Positions 52,420 through 63,153 of a stretch of 64,000 nucleotides of DNA are shown in pieces. The translations under genes were made by a program, and so were the position numbers. This DNA comes from an uncultured Chloroflexia bacterium (GTDB taxonomy: Bacteria; Chloroflexota; Limnocylindria; Limnocylindrales; CSP1-4), in the NCBI GenBank assembly GCA_963707215.1, contig CAVPPB010000001.1, positions 352,001 to 416,000 of the forward strand. The letters run 5' to 3'. Positions within the stretch are counted from its first letter, which is position 1; each line of letters begins with the position of its first letter. Below the pieces are notes generated by a model. It worked only from the letters and a program-made list of their open reading frames with translations, was not told the origin of the DNA and ran no database searches.

Positions 52420-53100
52420 ATGCCGATGCCCCACCGCGACGGCCGGATCGTCGCCGTCATCCCGGTCCGCGGCCTCGAGGGCGCGAAGTCCCGGCTTGGC
52501 GGCGTGCTCGACCCGGAGGAGCGTCGCGACCTGGTGAGCACGCTCCTGCGGCGGGTCGTCGAAGCGGCAGCGGCGGCGGCGGAGATCAGCGAGGTCGTCG
52601 TCGTCAGCCCGGACCCGGCGGCTCTGGAGCTCGCGGTGGAGGCGGGAGCGCGGCCCCTGCTCCAGCACGGGGCGGGCCTGAACGAGGCCCTCCAGGAGGC
52701 CCGGGCCGACGTGCTTCGCGATGGTCCGGCCGACCTCCTCATCCTGCCCGCCGATCTCCCGGAGATCGATCCGGCTGCGATCGCGACGATGGTCCGGGGC
52801 GCCGACCAGCGCCCGGGCGTGGTGCTCGCACCGGACCGCCACGGACGCGGGACGAACGCCCTGCTCCTGGCCCCGGCCGGGACCATCGATTTCGCGTTCG
52901 GCGGCGACAGCCGCTCGGCCCACGCCCGGGCCAGCCATGCTGCAGGTGCGGGCTATCGCGAGATCGACGCCGGGTTGTCGCTCGACCTCGACACTCCCGA
53001 CGACCTGCTCCTCCATGAGACCCGGGCGACCGAGAGGCGGTCGACGTCGCTCGACCTCGGCGCATCCACGGCGCGCCGGGCCGCCACCGACCCTCGATGA
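52420..53100 (+). CDS. cofC: 2-phospho-L-lactate/PEP guanylyltransferase
   Basis: IPVR..AKSRL, GLNEAL, PADLP, GTNAL and DLDTPDDL. Confidence 0.93.
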   Translation: MPMPHRDGRIVAVIPVRGLEGAKSRLGGVLDPEERRDLVSTLLRRVVEAAAAAAEISEVVVVSPDPAALELAVEAGARPLLQHGAGLNEALQEARADVLRDGPADLLILPADLPEIDPAAIATMVRGADQRPGVVLAPDRHGRGTNALLLAPAGTIDFAFGGDSRSAHARASHAAGAGYREIDAGLSLDLDTPDDLLLHETRATERRSTSLDLGASTARRAATDPR

Positions 53101-53864
53101 CGTCCTCGATCACCGTCCTGGCGCTCGAAGGGATCCCGGAGGTCATCCCCGGTGACGACCTCGGCCGGCTGCTCGTCGAGGCCATCCGGGCCACGCCCGG
53201 CGTCCCACCCGTCCGCCCCGACGACGTCCTGGTGGTCACCCAGAAGGTCGTCTCGAAAGCCGAGGGCGCCGTCGTGGACCTCTCGATGGTCGAGCCGCGA
53301 CCGGAGGCGGTGGCCTTCGCCGAGCGGTGGGATCGCGACGCGCGCCAGATCGAGGTCGTGCTCCGGGAGGCCCGTCGGGTCGTCCGCATGGAGCGAGGCA
53401 TCCTGATCACCGAGACCGAGCACGGGTTCGTCTGTGCCAACGGCGGGGTCGACGCGTCGAACGTCGGCCCCCGCTCGGGCGAGCACGTGACCCTGCTACC
53501 GCGGGATCCGGACGCCTCCGCGACCCGCCTCCGGAGCGCGATCCTCGAGGGCCTTGGCGTCGACCTGCCGGTCGTCATCTCGGACAGCTTCGGCCGCCCC
53601 TGGCGCTGGGGCATCGTCGACGTCGCCATCGGCGTCTCGGGCCTCCATCCGCTCCAGGACCTGCGGGGCATCCCGGACGTGGATGGGCGGCCGATGCGGG
53701 TCACGATCCGGGCGGTCGCGGACGAGCTGGCTTCGGCGGCCGAGCTGGCCCTCGGGAAGGTCGGCCGACGGCCGGCCGCCATCGTCCGCGGGGCCGACCC
53801 GCCGCTGGGCGAGGGCTCGATCCGCGAGGCCCTGATGGAGTCGACTGCCGACCTCTTCCGCTAG
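53097..53864 (+). CDS. cofE: Coenzyme F420-0:L-glutamate ligase
   Basis: PEVIPGDDL, TQKVVSKAEG, CANGGVDASN, ISDSFGRPWR, AVADELAS and DLFR. Confidence 0.95.
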   Translation: MTSSITVLALEGIPEVIPGDDLGRLLVEAIRATPGVPPVRPDDVLVVTQKVVSKAEGAVVDLSMVEPRPEAVAFAERWDRDARQIEVVLREARRVVRMERGILITETEHGFVCANGGVDASNVGPRSGEHVTLLPRDPDASATRLRSAILEGLGVDLPVVISDSFGRPWRWGIVDVAIGVSGLHPLQDLRGIPDVDGRPMRVTIRAVADELASAAELALGKVGRRPAAIVRGADPPLGEGSIREALMESTADLFR

Positions 53865-53934
53865 GCTGCGGCCATCCGACGTCCCCGCGGGGCCGAAGGA
53901 CGGACAGCATCGGATCCCCGGGAGGCCTGACCGG

Positions 53935-54852
53935 ATGAAGCTCGGACTCCAGATCAGCTCGTTCGCCTGGCCCGGGGGGCCGGAGGCGATCGGCCCGACG
54001 CTCGGCCGCATCGTGCGGACGGCCGACGACGCCGGCTTCGATTCGATCTGGGTGATGGACCACTTCTTCCAGATCCGCGGCGTCGGCCCGGCGACCGACC
54101 CGATGCTCGAGGGCTGGACGACCCTCGGCTTCCTGGCAGCCCACTCCCGCCGGGCCCGGCTGGGACTGATGGTGGGCGGCGTCCATTACCGCCACCCCGG
54201 GCTCTGGGTCAAGGCCGCCACGACACTCGACGTCCTGTCGGGCGGACGGGCCTGGTTCGGGATCGGGGCGGCCTGGAACCAGGAGGAGTCCGACGCCCTC
54301 GGGTTCCCGTTCCCGCCGCTCGGGGAGCGGTTCGAGATGCTCGAGGAGACGCTCCGCATCGCTCACGGCATGTGGAGCGGCGAGATCGGCTCCCAGCACG
54401 CCTTCGAGGGTCGTCACTACCGCGCCACGAGGCTGCTCAACTCCCCCCAGTCGCTCAGTCGGCCCCGGGTCCCGATCCTCGTCGGCGGCGGCGGCGAGCG
54501 GCGGACGCTCCGCCTCGTCGCGGAATACGCCGATGGCGCCAACGTCTTCGGCGGCCCGGAGGCGATCGCCCACAAGTTCGCGGTCCTTCGCGAGCACTGC
54601 GACGCGCTGGGCCGGCCCTACGACGAGATCGAGCGGACGACCCTCCAGAGCGTCCACGTAACCGAGCACGGCACCGAGGGCTCTTCGACACCGGTCCAGC
54701 TCGTGGACCGGTTCGGCGACCTTGCCGACGCCGGTGCCCAGCACGTCATCTTCAGCGTCCGGGACGTCTGGCAGACCGACAAGCTCGAGTTGATCGGACG
54801 GGACGTGCTGCCGGCCGTCCGCGACCTCCAGGAGTCGGAGCGAGCGACCTGA
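53935..54852 (+). CDS. LLM class F420-dependent oxidoreductase
   Basis: VMDHFFQI, EGWTTL, YRHPGL, LDVLSGGR..GIGAAW and GGGGERRTL. Confidence 0.92.
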   Translation: MKLGLQISSFAWPGGPEAIGPTLGRIVRTADDAGFDSIWVMDHFFQIRGVGPATDPMLEGWTTLGFLAAHSRRARLGLMVGGVHYRHPGLWVKAATTLDVLSGGRAWFGIGAAWNQEESDALGFPFPPLGERFEMLEETLRIAHGMWSGEIGSQHAFEGRHYRATRLLNSPQSLSRPRVPILVGGGGERRTLRLVAEYADGANVFGGPEAIAHKFAVLREHCDALGRPYDEIERTTLQSVHVTEHGTEGSSTPVQLVDRFGDLADAGAQHVIFSVRDVWQTDKLELIGRDVLPAVRDLQESERAT

Positions 54853-54855
54853 TCT

Positions 54856-54872
54856 ATACTCCCTAGGAGTAT
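54856..54872. promoter_or_regulatory. Palindromic operator ATACTCC-CTA-GGAGTAT upstream of trxB (CsoR/RcnR-like)
   Basis: Perfect 7-3-7 AT-rich inverted repeat ending 9 nt upstream of a TAGGAT -10 element (54882-54887). Confidence 0.55.
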
Positions 54873-54928
54873 CACAACGCGTAGGATGCGCGGACGGCGT
54901 CGCAGGTGACGTCGCTCGAGGGACACCG

Positions 54929-56056
54929 ATGCCTGACCAACCAGACCAGCAGACCCGGAACCCCGCCCCGTTCGGCGGCCTCTCCATCGACTTCGGCGCC
55001 GAGGAGGGAGCCCAGGACGGCGGCATCGCCCTGTCGGCCCCGCCGATCGCCATCGAGACGCCGCAGCCGGGACATCCCGGGGCCGTCGGGATCGGCGGCG
55101 ACGGACCCCATGAGACACGGGTCCTCATCGTCGGGTCCGGCCCGGCCGGCCTGACCGCCGCGATCTACGCCGCCCGGGCAGACCTGGAGCCGATCGTCCT
55201 CGCCGGCACGACGCCCGGTGGCCAGCTGACGATCACCTCCGAGGTCGAGAACTACCCGGGCTTCCCGGAGGGCATCCAGGGCCCCGACCTCATGGTCGCC
55301 ATGCGGGCCCAGGCCGAGCGCTTCGGGACTCGCCTCATCGATGTCGACGTGGACCGGGTCGACCTGTCCGGGCCGCCGTTCCGCCTCTGGGCCCGCGGCG
55401 TCGAGTACCGGGCCCAGGCGCTCATCGTGGCGACCGGCGCATCCGCGATCTGGCTCGGGCTCGAGTCCGAGGAACGCCTTCGGGGACGCGGGGTCTCCGC
55501 CTGTGCCACCTGCGATGGCTTCTTCTTCCGCGACCGTGAGATCGCCGTCGTCGGCGGTGGCGACAGCGCCCTGGAAGAGGCGACCTTCCTGACCAAGTTC
55601 GCCAGCAAGGTCCACATGCTCGTGCGCCGGGACGTCTTCCGGGGCAGCCGGATCATGCAGCAGCGGGCCCTCGATCACCCGAAGATCGAGGTCCACTTCA
55701 ACACCGCCGTCGACGAGGTGCTCGGTGACGACCACGTGACCGGCCTCCGGCTGCGCGACACGGTCAGCGGGGAGGCCCGCGAGGTCCCGATGGAGGGGCT
55801 CTTCGTGGCCATCGGCCACAAGCCGAACACCGAGGTCTTCCGGGACTGGCTCGAGGTGGACGAGAAGGGCTACCTCGTCGTCACCGACCACACCGGGACG
55901 AGGATCGAGGGCGTCTTCGTGGCCGGCGACGTCCACGACCATCGCTATCGCCAGGCGGTGACCGCCGCCGGCGACGGAGCCAAGGCCGCCATCGACGCCG
56001 AGCGCTGGCTCGAGGCCCAGGGCCTCGTCGAGGCCAGGACCGCGACCGCCTGGTGA
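54929..56056 (+). CDS. trxB: Thioredoxin-disulfide reductase with N-terminal extension
   Basis: GSGPAG, GGQL..EVENYPG, CATCDG, GGGDSA and YRQAVTAAG. Confidence 0.95.
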   Translation: MPDQPDQQTRNPAPFGGLSIDFGAEEGAQDGGIALSAPPIAIETPQPGHPGAVGIGGDGPHETRVLIVGSGPAGLTAAIYAARADLEPIVLAGTTPGGQLTITSEVENYPGFPEGIQGPDLMVAMRAQAERFGTRLIDVDVDRVDLSGPPFRLWARGVEYRAQALIVATGASAIWLGLESEERLRGRGVSACATCDGFFFRDREIAVVGGGDSALEEATFLTKFASKVHMLVRRDVFRGSRIMQQRALDHPKIEVHFNTAVDEVLGDDHVTGLRLRDTVSGEAREVPMEGLFVAIGHKPNTEVFRDWLEVDEKGYLVVTDHTGTRIEGVFVAGDVHDHRYRQAVTAAGDGAKAAIDAERWLEAQGLVEARTATAW

Positions 56057-56105
56057 GCCGGAGCGGCGTCCCGGCCGGGGCGTCCCCTTCCCGGTCTGTC
56101 TCGTC

Positions 56106-56828
56106 GTGAACCACGCGGCGGCGACCGAGCCGACGACGGCGACCCTGGTCCGCGCGGCCCTCGATGAGGCCGTCGCCCGGGCGGAGGCGAGCGGCCGTCC
56201 GGTCGTCGCGCTCGACGCCGGCTGCGGGCGGGTCTCGGCACTGAAGCCGTACCGACCCCGGATCGCCCGTCTCGTCGGAGTCGACATCCACGAGCCGGCG
56301 CCGGGAGCGCTCCCCCACCTCGACGAGTTCGCCCTCGTGGACGTCTGCCGCGACGTCCCAGCCTTCGAGCCGGGGACCTTCGACGTGGCCCTCTCCAGCT
56401 TCACGGTCGAGCATTTCGCCGACCCGTCCGCCGCGTTCGTCAACCTGCGGCGCTGGCTGGTCCCCGGTGGTCGGCTCGTCCTCACGACCGTCAACCGCCG
56501 CCACCCGTTCGTGGCCGCCTACCTGGGGATGCCGACGCTCCTGCGGGATCGCCTGCAGCCGCTGGTCAAGGCGTCACAGGCGGACGCTCACCCGCTCGTC
56601 GGTGCGTGTAACACCCCGGACGACCTCCGCGCGGCCCTGGAGCGCGCCGGTTACCTCGACGTCCGAGTCTGGACCGTCGGCCACCTCGAGACGGCCTGGG
56701 GACGACGCCGGTGGGACCCGGGCGCTGGGACGCCTCGGTGACGCGCCTGGCCACGGACCTGGGCCGTCGCGCCGCTCGACGAGGTCGCGTCTCGGCAGCA
56801 GCGCCCGACCCCGACGGGGGTGGCGTGA
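56106..56828 (+). CDS. Class I SAM-dependent methyltransferase (C-terminus frameshifted, end approximate)
   Basis: LDAGCG, GVD, FDV..VEH and LVPGGRL. Confidence 0.8.
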
Positions 56829-59052
56829 TGTCCGGCGGGCGTGGGTACGGTGGCGGTGGCCTGTTCGGCGGGCCGTCGCGGGACTTCGAACCGGTGCCGA
56901 GGGAACGCCGCGGAACGACGATCCGGCGGATCGTCGCGTTCTTCCGGCCGTATCGCTTGCAGGTCACCTCGTGGTCGTCGCGATCACAGCGACGAGCCTG
57001 CTCGGGCTCGTCAACCCGCTACCTGCTCAAGGCTCTGATCGACAATGCCATCTCGAAGCAGCGACTTCTTCCGGCTGAACCTCTACGTGGGGCTGATGAT
57101 CGTCGTGCCGATCGTGTCCGGGCTGATCGGGATCGCCCAGAGCACTTGGCAGAGCAACGTCATCGGGCAGAGCGTGATGCAGGACCTGCGCAACGCGCTC
57201 TACGTCCATCTCCAGCGGATGCCGCTGCGCTTCTTCACCGAGACGCGGACCGGCGAGATCCAGAGCCGCCTGTCCAACGACGTCGGCGGCGTCCAGGCGG
57301 TCGTCACCGACACCGCAGCTCGATCGCCAGCAACCTGGCCGTCGCGATCGAGCACGATCCTGGCGATGTTCATCATCGACTGGCGCCTTTCCCTGCTCTC
57401 GCTCGGCATGCTGCCGTTCTTCATGTTCCTGACCCGGCGGGTCGGCACGCTCGACGAGAGGTCACCGGCGAGACCCAGCGATCGCTGGCGGCGCTGACCG
57501 CGACGACCGAGGAGACGCTCTCCGTCTCCGGGATGCTGCTGACCAAGACGTTCGGAGCAGCAGGCCCAGGCCACGACCGGTTCGCGCGGCCTCAACCGCG
57601 AGGTGGCCCGGCTCCAGCTCCGCCAGGCGATGGTCGGGCGCTGGTTCTTCATGATCGTGGGCACGATCTTCAGCATCACCCCGGCCCTGGTGTACTGGCT
57701 GGCCGGCGTGCTGGTGATCTAACGGCGACACCACGGCTCCCACGATCGGCGACATCGTCGCGTTCACGACGCTCCAGAGCCGGCTGTTCTTCCCGATCGG
57801 CCAGTTGCTCAACGTCCAGGTCGAGATCCAGGGCGCCCTGGCGCTCTTCGATCGGATCTTCGAGTACCTGGACATGGACCCTCGAGATCACCGACGCACC
57901 GGATGCGATCGCCCTCGATCCGGGCCGGGTCGAGGGCAGGATCCGCTTCCACCGGGTCTCGTTCCGCTACCCCTCCGCGCCCGTCCCGTCGAGCCGGGCC
58001 CACACCGAGGCAGCGACCCAGGCCGGCCGCGCCCATGCTGACGCCGTATCGACGTCGGCGCGCGACGAACCATCGCCCGGATCGTCGGCCGATGATGGAG
58101 GATCGCGATCCCGCGGGCCCGCCGAGATCAAGGACATCGAGCTGGTGCTGGACGGAGCCGACGCCCGTCCAGCAGCCGACGACTTCATGGTCGGCGCGGA
58201 GCTCGAGGGCCTCGATGAGGACGATGCCGATGGCCGCGCGGATGGCGGTCCCGGCTCCGTCGCGGGCCGGAATGGTGTGTCGGCCCCGCCCCCGTTCACG
58301 CTGGAGGAGCTCGACTTCGAGGCCGAGCCGGGCGAGCTCGTCGCGCTGGTCGGACCGTCGGGCTCGGGCAAGACCACGACGACGTACCTCATCCCGCGGC
58401 TCTACGACGTGGACGGCGGTGCGGTCGAGATCGACGGACTCGACGTCCGCAGGGATCCGGCTGGAGTCCCTGGGCCGGGCGATCGGTTTCGTCACCCAGG
58501 AGACCTACCTCTTCCATGCCAGCATCCGCGACAACCTGCGCTACGCACGGCCCGATGCCACCCCCGAGGCAGCTGGTGACCGCGACCACGGCAGCGGCCA
58601 TCCACGACCGCATCCTGGAGCTGCCCGACGGCTACGACACGATGGTCGGCGAGCGTGGCTACAAGCTCTCCGGCGGCGAGAAGCAACGGATCGCCATCGC
58701 CCGGGTCCTGCTCAAGGATCCCCGCATCCTGATCCTGGACGAGGCGACCTCGGCACTCGACACCGTGAGTGAGCGGCTCATCCAGGCAGCCCTCGAGCGC
58801 CTCATGGAGGGCCGAACGACGATCGCCATCGCCCACCGCCTCTCGACGATCCTCCGGGCCGACCGGATCCTCGTCTACCGGCGGGGTCGGATCGTCGAGC
58901 GAGGCACTCATCCCGAGCTCCTGGCCCGAGGCGGGCTCTACGCAGAGCTGTACCGGGAGCAGTTCCTCGCCGAGGCCGAGGCGAGCGCGGACGGATCCGG
59001 GGAGACGGCCGGCTCGATGGCCGCCGACGGGCCAGGCCACACTGGCCCCTGA
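56828..59052 (+). CDS. ABC transporter permease/ATP-binding protein (exporter), multiple frameshifts
   Basis: [47 protein letters not shown] and IAHRLST. Confidence 0.88.
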
Positions 59053-59224
59053 TCCCGGAGGCGGACCGGTCCCCGGGTCACGGACCCGCCGGTGTCGGGC
59101 GATGCGACATCCGCCCGTCCGGGCGACAATGGGGAGGTCCAGGCGAGACTCGTCGCCGTGGCCTGCGGCCGCGGTCGCGAGGAGCCGCTCGAACCACGCT
59201 TGCGTCCGAGGAGTCCGGAACCAC

Positions 59225-59710
59225 ATGCCCGTCGTGAAGACCGCCGAGCTGACCTTCCAGGGAGGGATGCGCTTCGAGGCCGAGCTCGGCTCGGGCGCCC
59301 GCATCACCTATGACGAGTCGTCGAATGGTGGCCCCGGCCCCATCGAGGTCGTCCTCTCGACGCTGGCCGCCTGCTCGGCGATGGACGTCGTCTCGATCGC
59401 CCTCAAGAAGCGCCAGGAGCTCAGCGCCTACCGCATCCACGTCCAGGGCGACCAGCGCGACGAGTACCCCAAGATCTACACGAGCATCGACGTCGTCCAC
59501 GAGGTCGAGGGCCCGACCGTCGACACCGCAGCGATCGTCCGCTGCATCGAGCTCTCGGCCGAGAAGTACTGTCCGGTGAACGCGATGCTGTCGGCCGGCG
59601 ACACCGAGATCCACCACCGCTATCGGATCGTCCGCCCCGATGGCACCGTCGAGGAGGGCGAGGTCATGACCACCGGCCCGGACCGACGCACGGCGGTCCT
59701 CACCAGCTGA
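59225..59710 (+). CDS. OsmC family protein
   Basis: GPIE..LAACSAMDV and SAEKYCPV. Confidence 0.9.
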   Translation: MPVVKTAELTFQGGMRFEAELGSGARITYDESSNGGPGPIEVVLSTLAACSAMDVVSIALKKRQELSAYRIHVQGDQRDEYPKIYTSIDVVHEVEGPTVDTAAIVRCIELSAEKYCPVNAMLSAGDTEIHHRYRIVRPDGTVEEGEVMTTGPDRRTAVLTS

Positions 59711-59774
59711 CCTCGGACGGCCGGGGGCCACGACCTTGGGCCGAGCGCCACTGAGCGCCACCCGACCACGCAGG

Positions 59775-59812
59775 GTTGCATGACTATGCATCTGACCGTA
59801 TAGTCATGCGTG
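59775..59812 (+). promoter_or_regulatory. Tandem ARG boxes overlapping the arg operon promoter TTGCAT-17-TATAGT
   Basis: TGCATGACTATGCA (59777-59790) and CGTATAGTCATGCG (59797-59810) start 20 bp apart, directly upstream of argC; argR is in the operon. Confidence 0.85.
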
Positions 59813-59882
59813 TCATGACGGCGGCCACCCCGATCCCCGCACCCGTCGCCCGGCGGCCCCCCGCGAGGGGCCCCGTGCGCCC

Positions 59883-60995
59883 GTGAGCGCAAGCCCGGCG
59901 CCGGGATCGAGGATCGAGGCGGGCCGCCGGCAGGACCCCGTCCCCATCGCCGTCGTCGGGGCGACCGGCTACGTCGGCGCGGAGCTCATCCGCCTGCTCG
60001 CCCGCCATCCCGGTGTCCGGATCGTGGGGCTCGTGGGCCGGGGTCGTGACGACGAGCCCATCGGCCGGACCCACGCCCATCTCGCCTCGACGGGCCTCTC
60101 GGTCGACGATTCGGTCCCCGACGAAGCGGAGGCGGTCTTCCTCGCCCTCCCCCATGGCGTCGCTGCCGACCTGGTCCCCGGGTTCCGGGAGCGTGGGCTG
60201 GCGACCATCGATTTGGGCCCGGACTTCCGCCTGCGGTCCCCCTCCGACTATCCGCGCTGGTATGGCTTCGAGCACCCCCGGCCTGACCTCCTGGAGCACG
60301 CTGTCTACGGGTTGCCGGAGCTCCACCGCGAGGACCTGGTCGTCGCAGCCGCGGACGGTGGCCCGATCGTCGGCGCACCGGGCTGCTACCCGACGGCCAC
60401 CCTGTTGGCCCTCGCGCCACTCGCGCGCGCCGGGCTCATCGGGGACCTCGTCGTCGACGCCAAGAGCGGTGTCTCCGGGGCCGGCCGCGAGCCGAAGGCC
60501 GAGCTCCACTACGGCGAGGTCAACGAGAGCGTCCGTGCGTATGGTGTCGGCGGCCACCGGCACACGGCCGAGCTCGAGCAGGAGCTCGCACGGTTGGGCG
60601 AGGTCGGCGTCGGCTCCGCCGAGGCCAACCCGGGGGCGGCCGGAGTGGACTTCCTGCCGCACCTCGTGCCGATGACCCGGGGCATCCTGGCGGCCTGCCA
60701 CGTCCGGCCCACCCGAGCCGTCGGCCAGTCCGAGCTCGACCGGCTGTACGCCGCGACCTACGACGGCGAGCCGTTCGTCGACGTCGTGGCGGAGCCGCCG
60801 GCGACGAAGCAGGTCCTCGGTAGCAACCATGCCCGGGTGTTCGTTCGGGCGGACGAGCGGACCGGCCGGGTCCTCGCCATCGGCGTCATCGACAACCTCG
60901 TCAAGGGAGCGGCCGGCCAGGCCATCCAGGCCTTCAACGTCGTGATGGGGCTGCCCGAGGCGACCGGCCTCGAGCAGCTCCCGCTGGCGCCCTAG
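59883..60995 (+). CDS. argC: N-acetyl-gamma-glutamyl-phosphate reductase
   Basis: GATGYVG, LALPHG, YGLPE, PGCYPT, SGVSGAG and DNLVKGAAGQA. Confidence 0.96.
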   Translation: MSASPAPGSRIEAGRRQDPVPIAVVGATGYVGAELIRLLARHPGVRIVGLVGRGRDDEPIGRTHAHLASTGLSVDDSVPDEAEAVFLALPHGVAADLVPGFRERGLATIDLGPDFRLRSPSDYPRWYGFEHPRPDLLEHAVYGLPELHREDLVVAAADGGPIVGAPGCYPTATLLALAPLARAGLIGDLVVDAKSGVSGAGREPKAELHYGEVNESVRAYGVGGHRHTAELEQELARLGEVGVGSAEANPGAAGVDFLPHLVPMTRGILAACHVRPTRAVGQSELDRLYAATYDGEPFVDVVAEPPATKQVLGSNHARVFVRADERTGRVLAIGVIDNLVKGAAGQAIQAFNVVMGLPEATGLEQLPLAP

Positions 60996-61009
60996 GGCCA
61001 TCGGTCCGC

Positions 61010-62341
61010 ATGCCCGGCGTCGAGCGCAGCGCGCGGATCCCGGCCGGCTTCGCCGCGGCGGCCGCCACGGCGGGCATCAAGGCCAGCGGTCGACCGGACC
61101 TGGCGCTCATCGTGGCCACCGGCGGCCCAGTGCCGGCCGCCGCCGTCACCACCCCGAACGCCTTCGTGGCGGCCCCGGTCCGGCTGTCACGGGCCCACCT
61201 CGAGACGACCCTCCCCGCTGGGTCGGGCCGCCACGGGTTCGCCCGGGCGGTCGTGGCGACGTCGGGCTGCGCCAATGCCGCGACGGGCCCGGCCGGCGAC
61301 GATGACCAGCGATCGGTCGCCGAGGCGACCGCGCGGATCCTCGAGGCACCCGTGGAGGAGGTCCTCTGCCTGTCGACCGGGGTCATCGGAACGCGTCTGC
61401 CCGTCCCGGCGGTCCGGCTCGGGGTCTCCGGCCTGCTCCCGTCGCTGGCCGCCACGGACGCAGCCCTCGAGGCTGCCGCGACCGCCCTCATGACGACCGA
61501 CACACGCGTGAAGATGGCCTCGGTCGCCCTGGATCTGCCGGCCCCCGACGGCTCGCCACGATCCGTCCGGGTCAGCGGCATCGCCAAAGGCGTCGGGATG
61601 ATCCACCCACGGATGGCGACGATGCTGGCGGTGATCCTGACCGATGCCGACGTCGCGCCGGAGACGCTCTCGGCGATGCTGCGCGGGGCCGCGTCGCGGA
61701 CCTGGGACCAGCTGAGCGTCGATGGCGACACGAGCACCAACGACACGGTCTTCCTCCTCGCCTCGGGATCGGCCGGCGACGGAGCGGGTCCACCCGGGTG
61801 GACCGCCGGCCGAGAGCTGGCCGCCGCCATCGAGGCTGTGGCCCGGGACCTCGCTCGCCAGCAGGCGGCCGACGGCGAAGGCGCAACCACGCTGATCACG
61901 GCCTGGTGACCGGCGCGACGCGACGACGCCGAGGCCCGAGCCGTCGCTCGGGCCGTCGTCGCCAGCTCGCTCGTCAAGGCCGCCGTCCACGGTCGCGATC
62001 CGAACTGGGGTCGCGTCGCCGCGGCTGCCGGCAACGCACGGCTGGCCGATGCGGCGGTGCTCCGATCGGCCGGGATCGACGCCGACGAGGCCGAGCGTCG
62101 GGCCGGGCGGCCGGCGACGTCGATCCCGACCGGCTGCGCATCCACATCGCCGGTCGCCCGGTCTACGACGGCGTGCGCCGGCGGTCCCCTGCCCTTCGAT
62201 CGGGACGCTGCTCGAGCGGCGATGGAGGCCGACGAGGTCGTCTTCGAGCTCGATCTCGGCCTCGGGGATGGGACGGGCGAGGCGTTCGGCTGCGACCTGA
62301 CCGAGACCTACGTCATCGAGAACTCGGAGTACACGACGTGA
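61010..62341 (+). CDS. argJ: Bifunctional glutamate N-acetyltransferase, frameshifted
   Basis: ANAATG, STGVIG, MTTDT, AKGVGMIHPRMATML, DGDTSTND, DGEGAT, DPNWGR and GCDLT..ENSEYTT. Confidence 0.93.
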
Positions 62342-62366
62342 GCCGGGACCGATCAGGGAGCCGGCG

Positions 62367-63153
62367 ATGAGCGACATCCTCGTCGTCAAGCTCGGCGGCA
62401 CGACGATCGCCGACCAGCGCCAGGTCCTCGCCGAGATCGCGTCCGTCGCCCGCCGCCGACCGGTCGTCGTCGTCCACGGCGGCGGCAAGCGGATGACCGA
62501 GTGGCTCGAGCGGCTTGGGCGTGGAGACCCGCTTCCACGAGGGTCTCCGGGTGACCGACGCGGCCTCGCTCGAGGTCGCCGCCGCCGTCCTCCGGGGCGT
62601 GGTGAACAGCGAGCTGGTGGCCGCCCTGCGCGATCTGGGTGTCGACGCGGTCGGCCTCTCGGGCGTCGACGGCGGGATGCTCATCGCCGAACGGGTCGCC
62701 GACATCGGCCTGGTGGCCCACGTCGTGGGCCTCCGGCGCGATCTCCTCGACGCCCTCCTCGTGACCGGCCAGGTCGCCGTGGTGGCCCCCTTGGCCCGCG
62801 ACGAGGACGGCATCGTGTGCAACGTCAACGCCGACGACGCAGCCTCCGGGATCGCCGCCGGCCTGGGGGCCCGCCAGGTCGTCCTGATGACCGACGTCGA
62901 CGGGGTCCGCGGGGCCGGCGGCCAGCGCATCCACAGCCTTACGGCCGACGAGGCGGAAGCGCTCATCGCCGACGGCACGATCGCCGGCGGGATGGTCCCC
63001 AAGGTGCGGTCCGCGCTCTCGGCACTCGCCTACCCTGGGGCTGAGGCCATCATCTGCGACGCGGCAGCGCCGGGCGCTCTCGAGCGGGCGCTTGCCGACC
63101 CGACCTTCGGCACGCGGATCGCACTGGACCGACGGCCCGGAGAGGACGCATGA
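62367..63153 (+). CDS. argB: Acetylglutamate kinase, frameshift near 62520
   Basis: VVKLGG, VHGGG, GLRVTD, NVNADD, TDVDG and GGMVPK. Confidence 0.93.
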
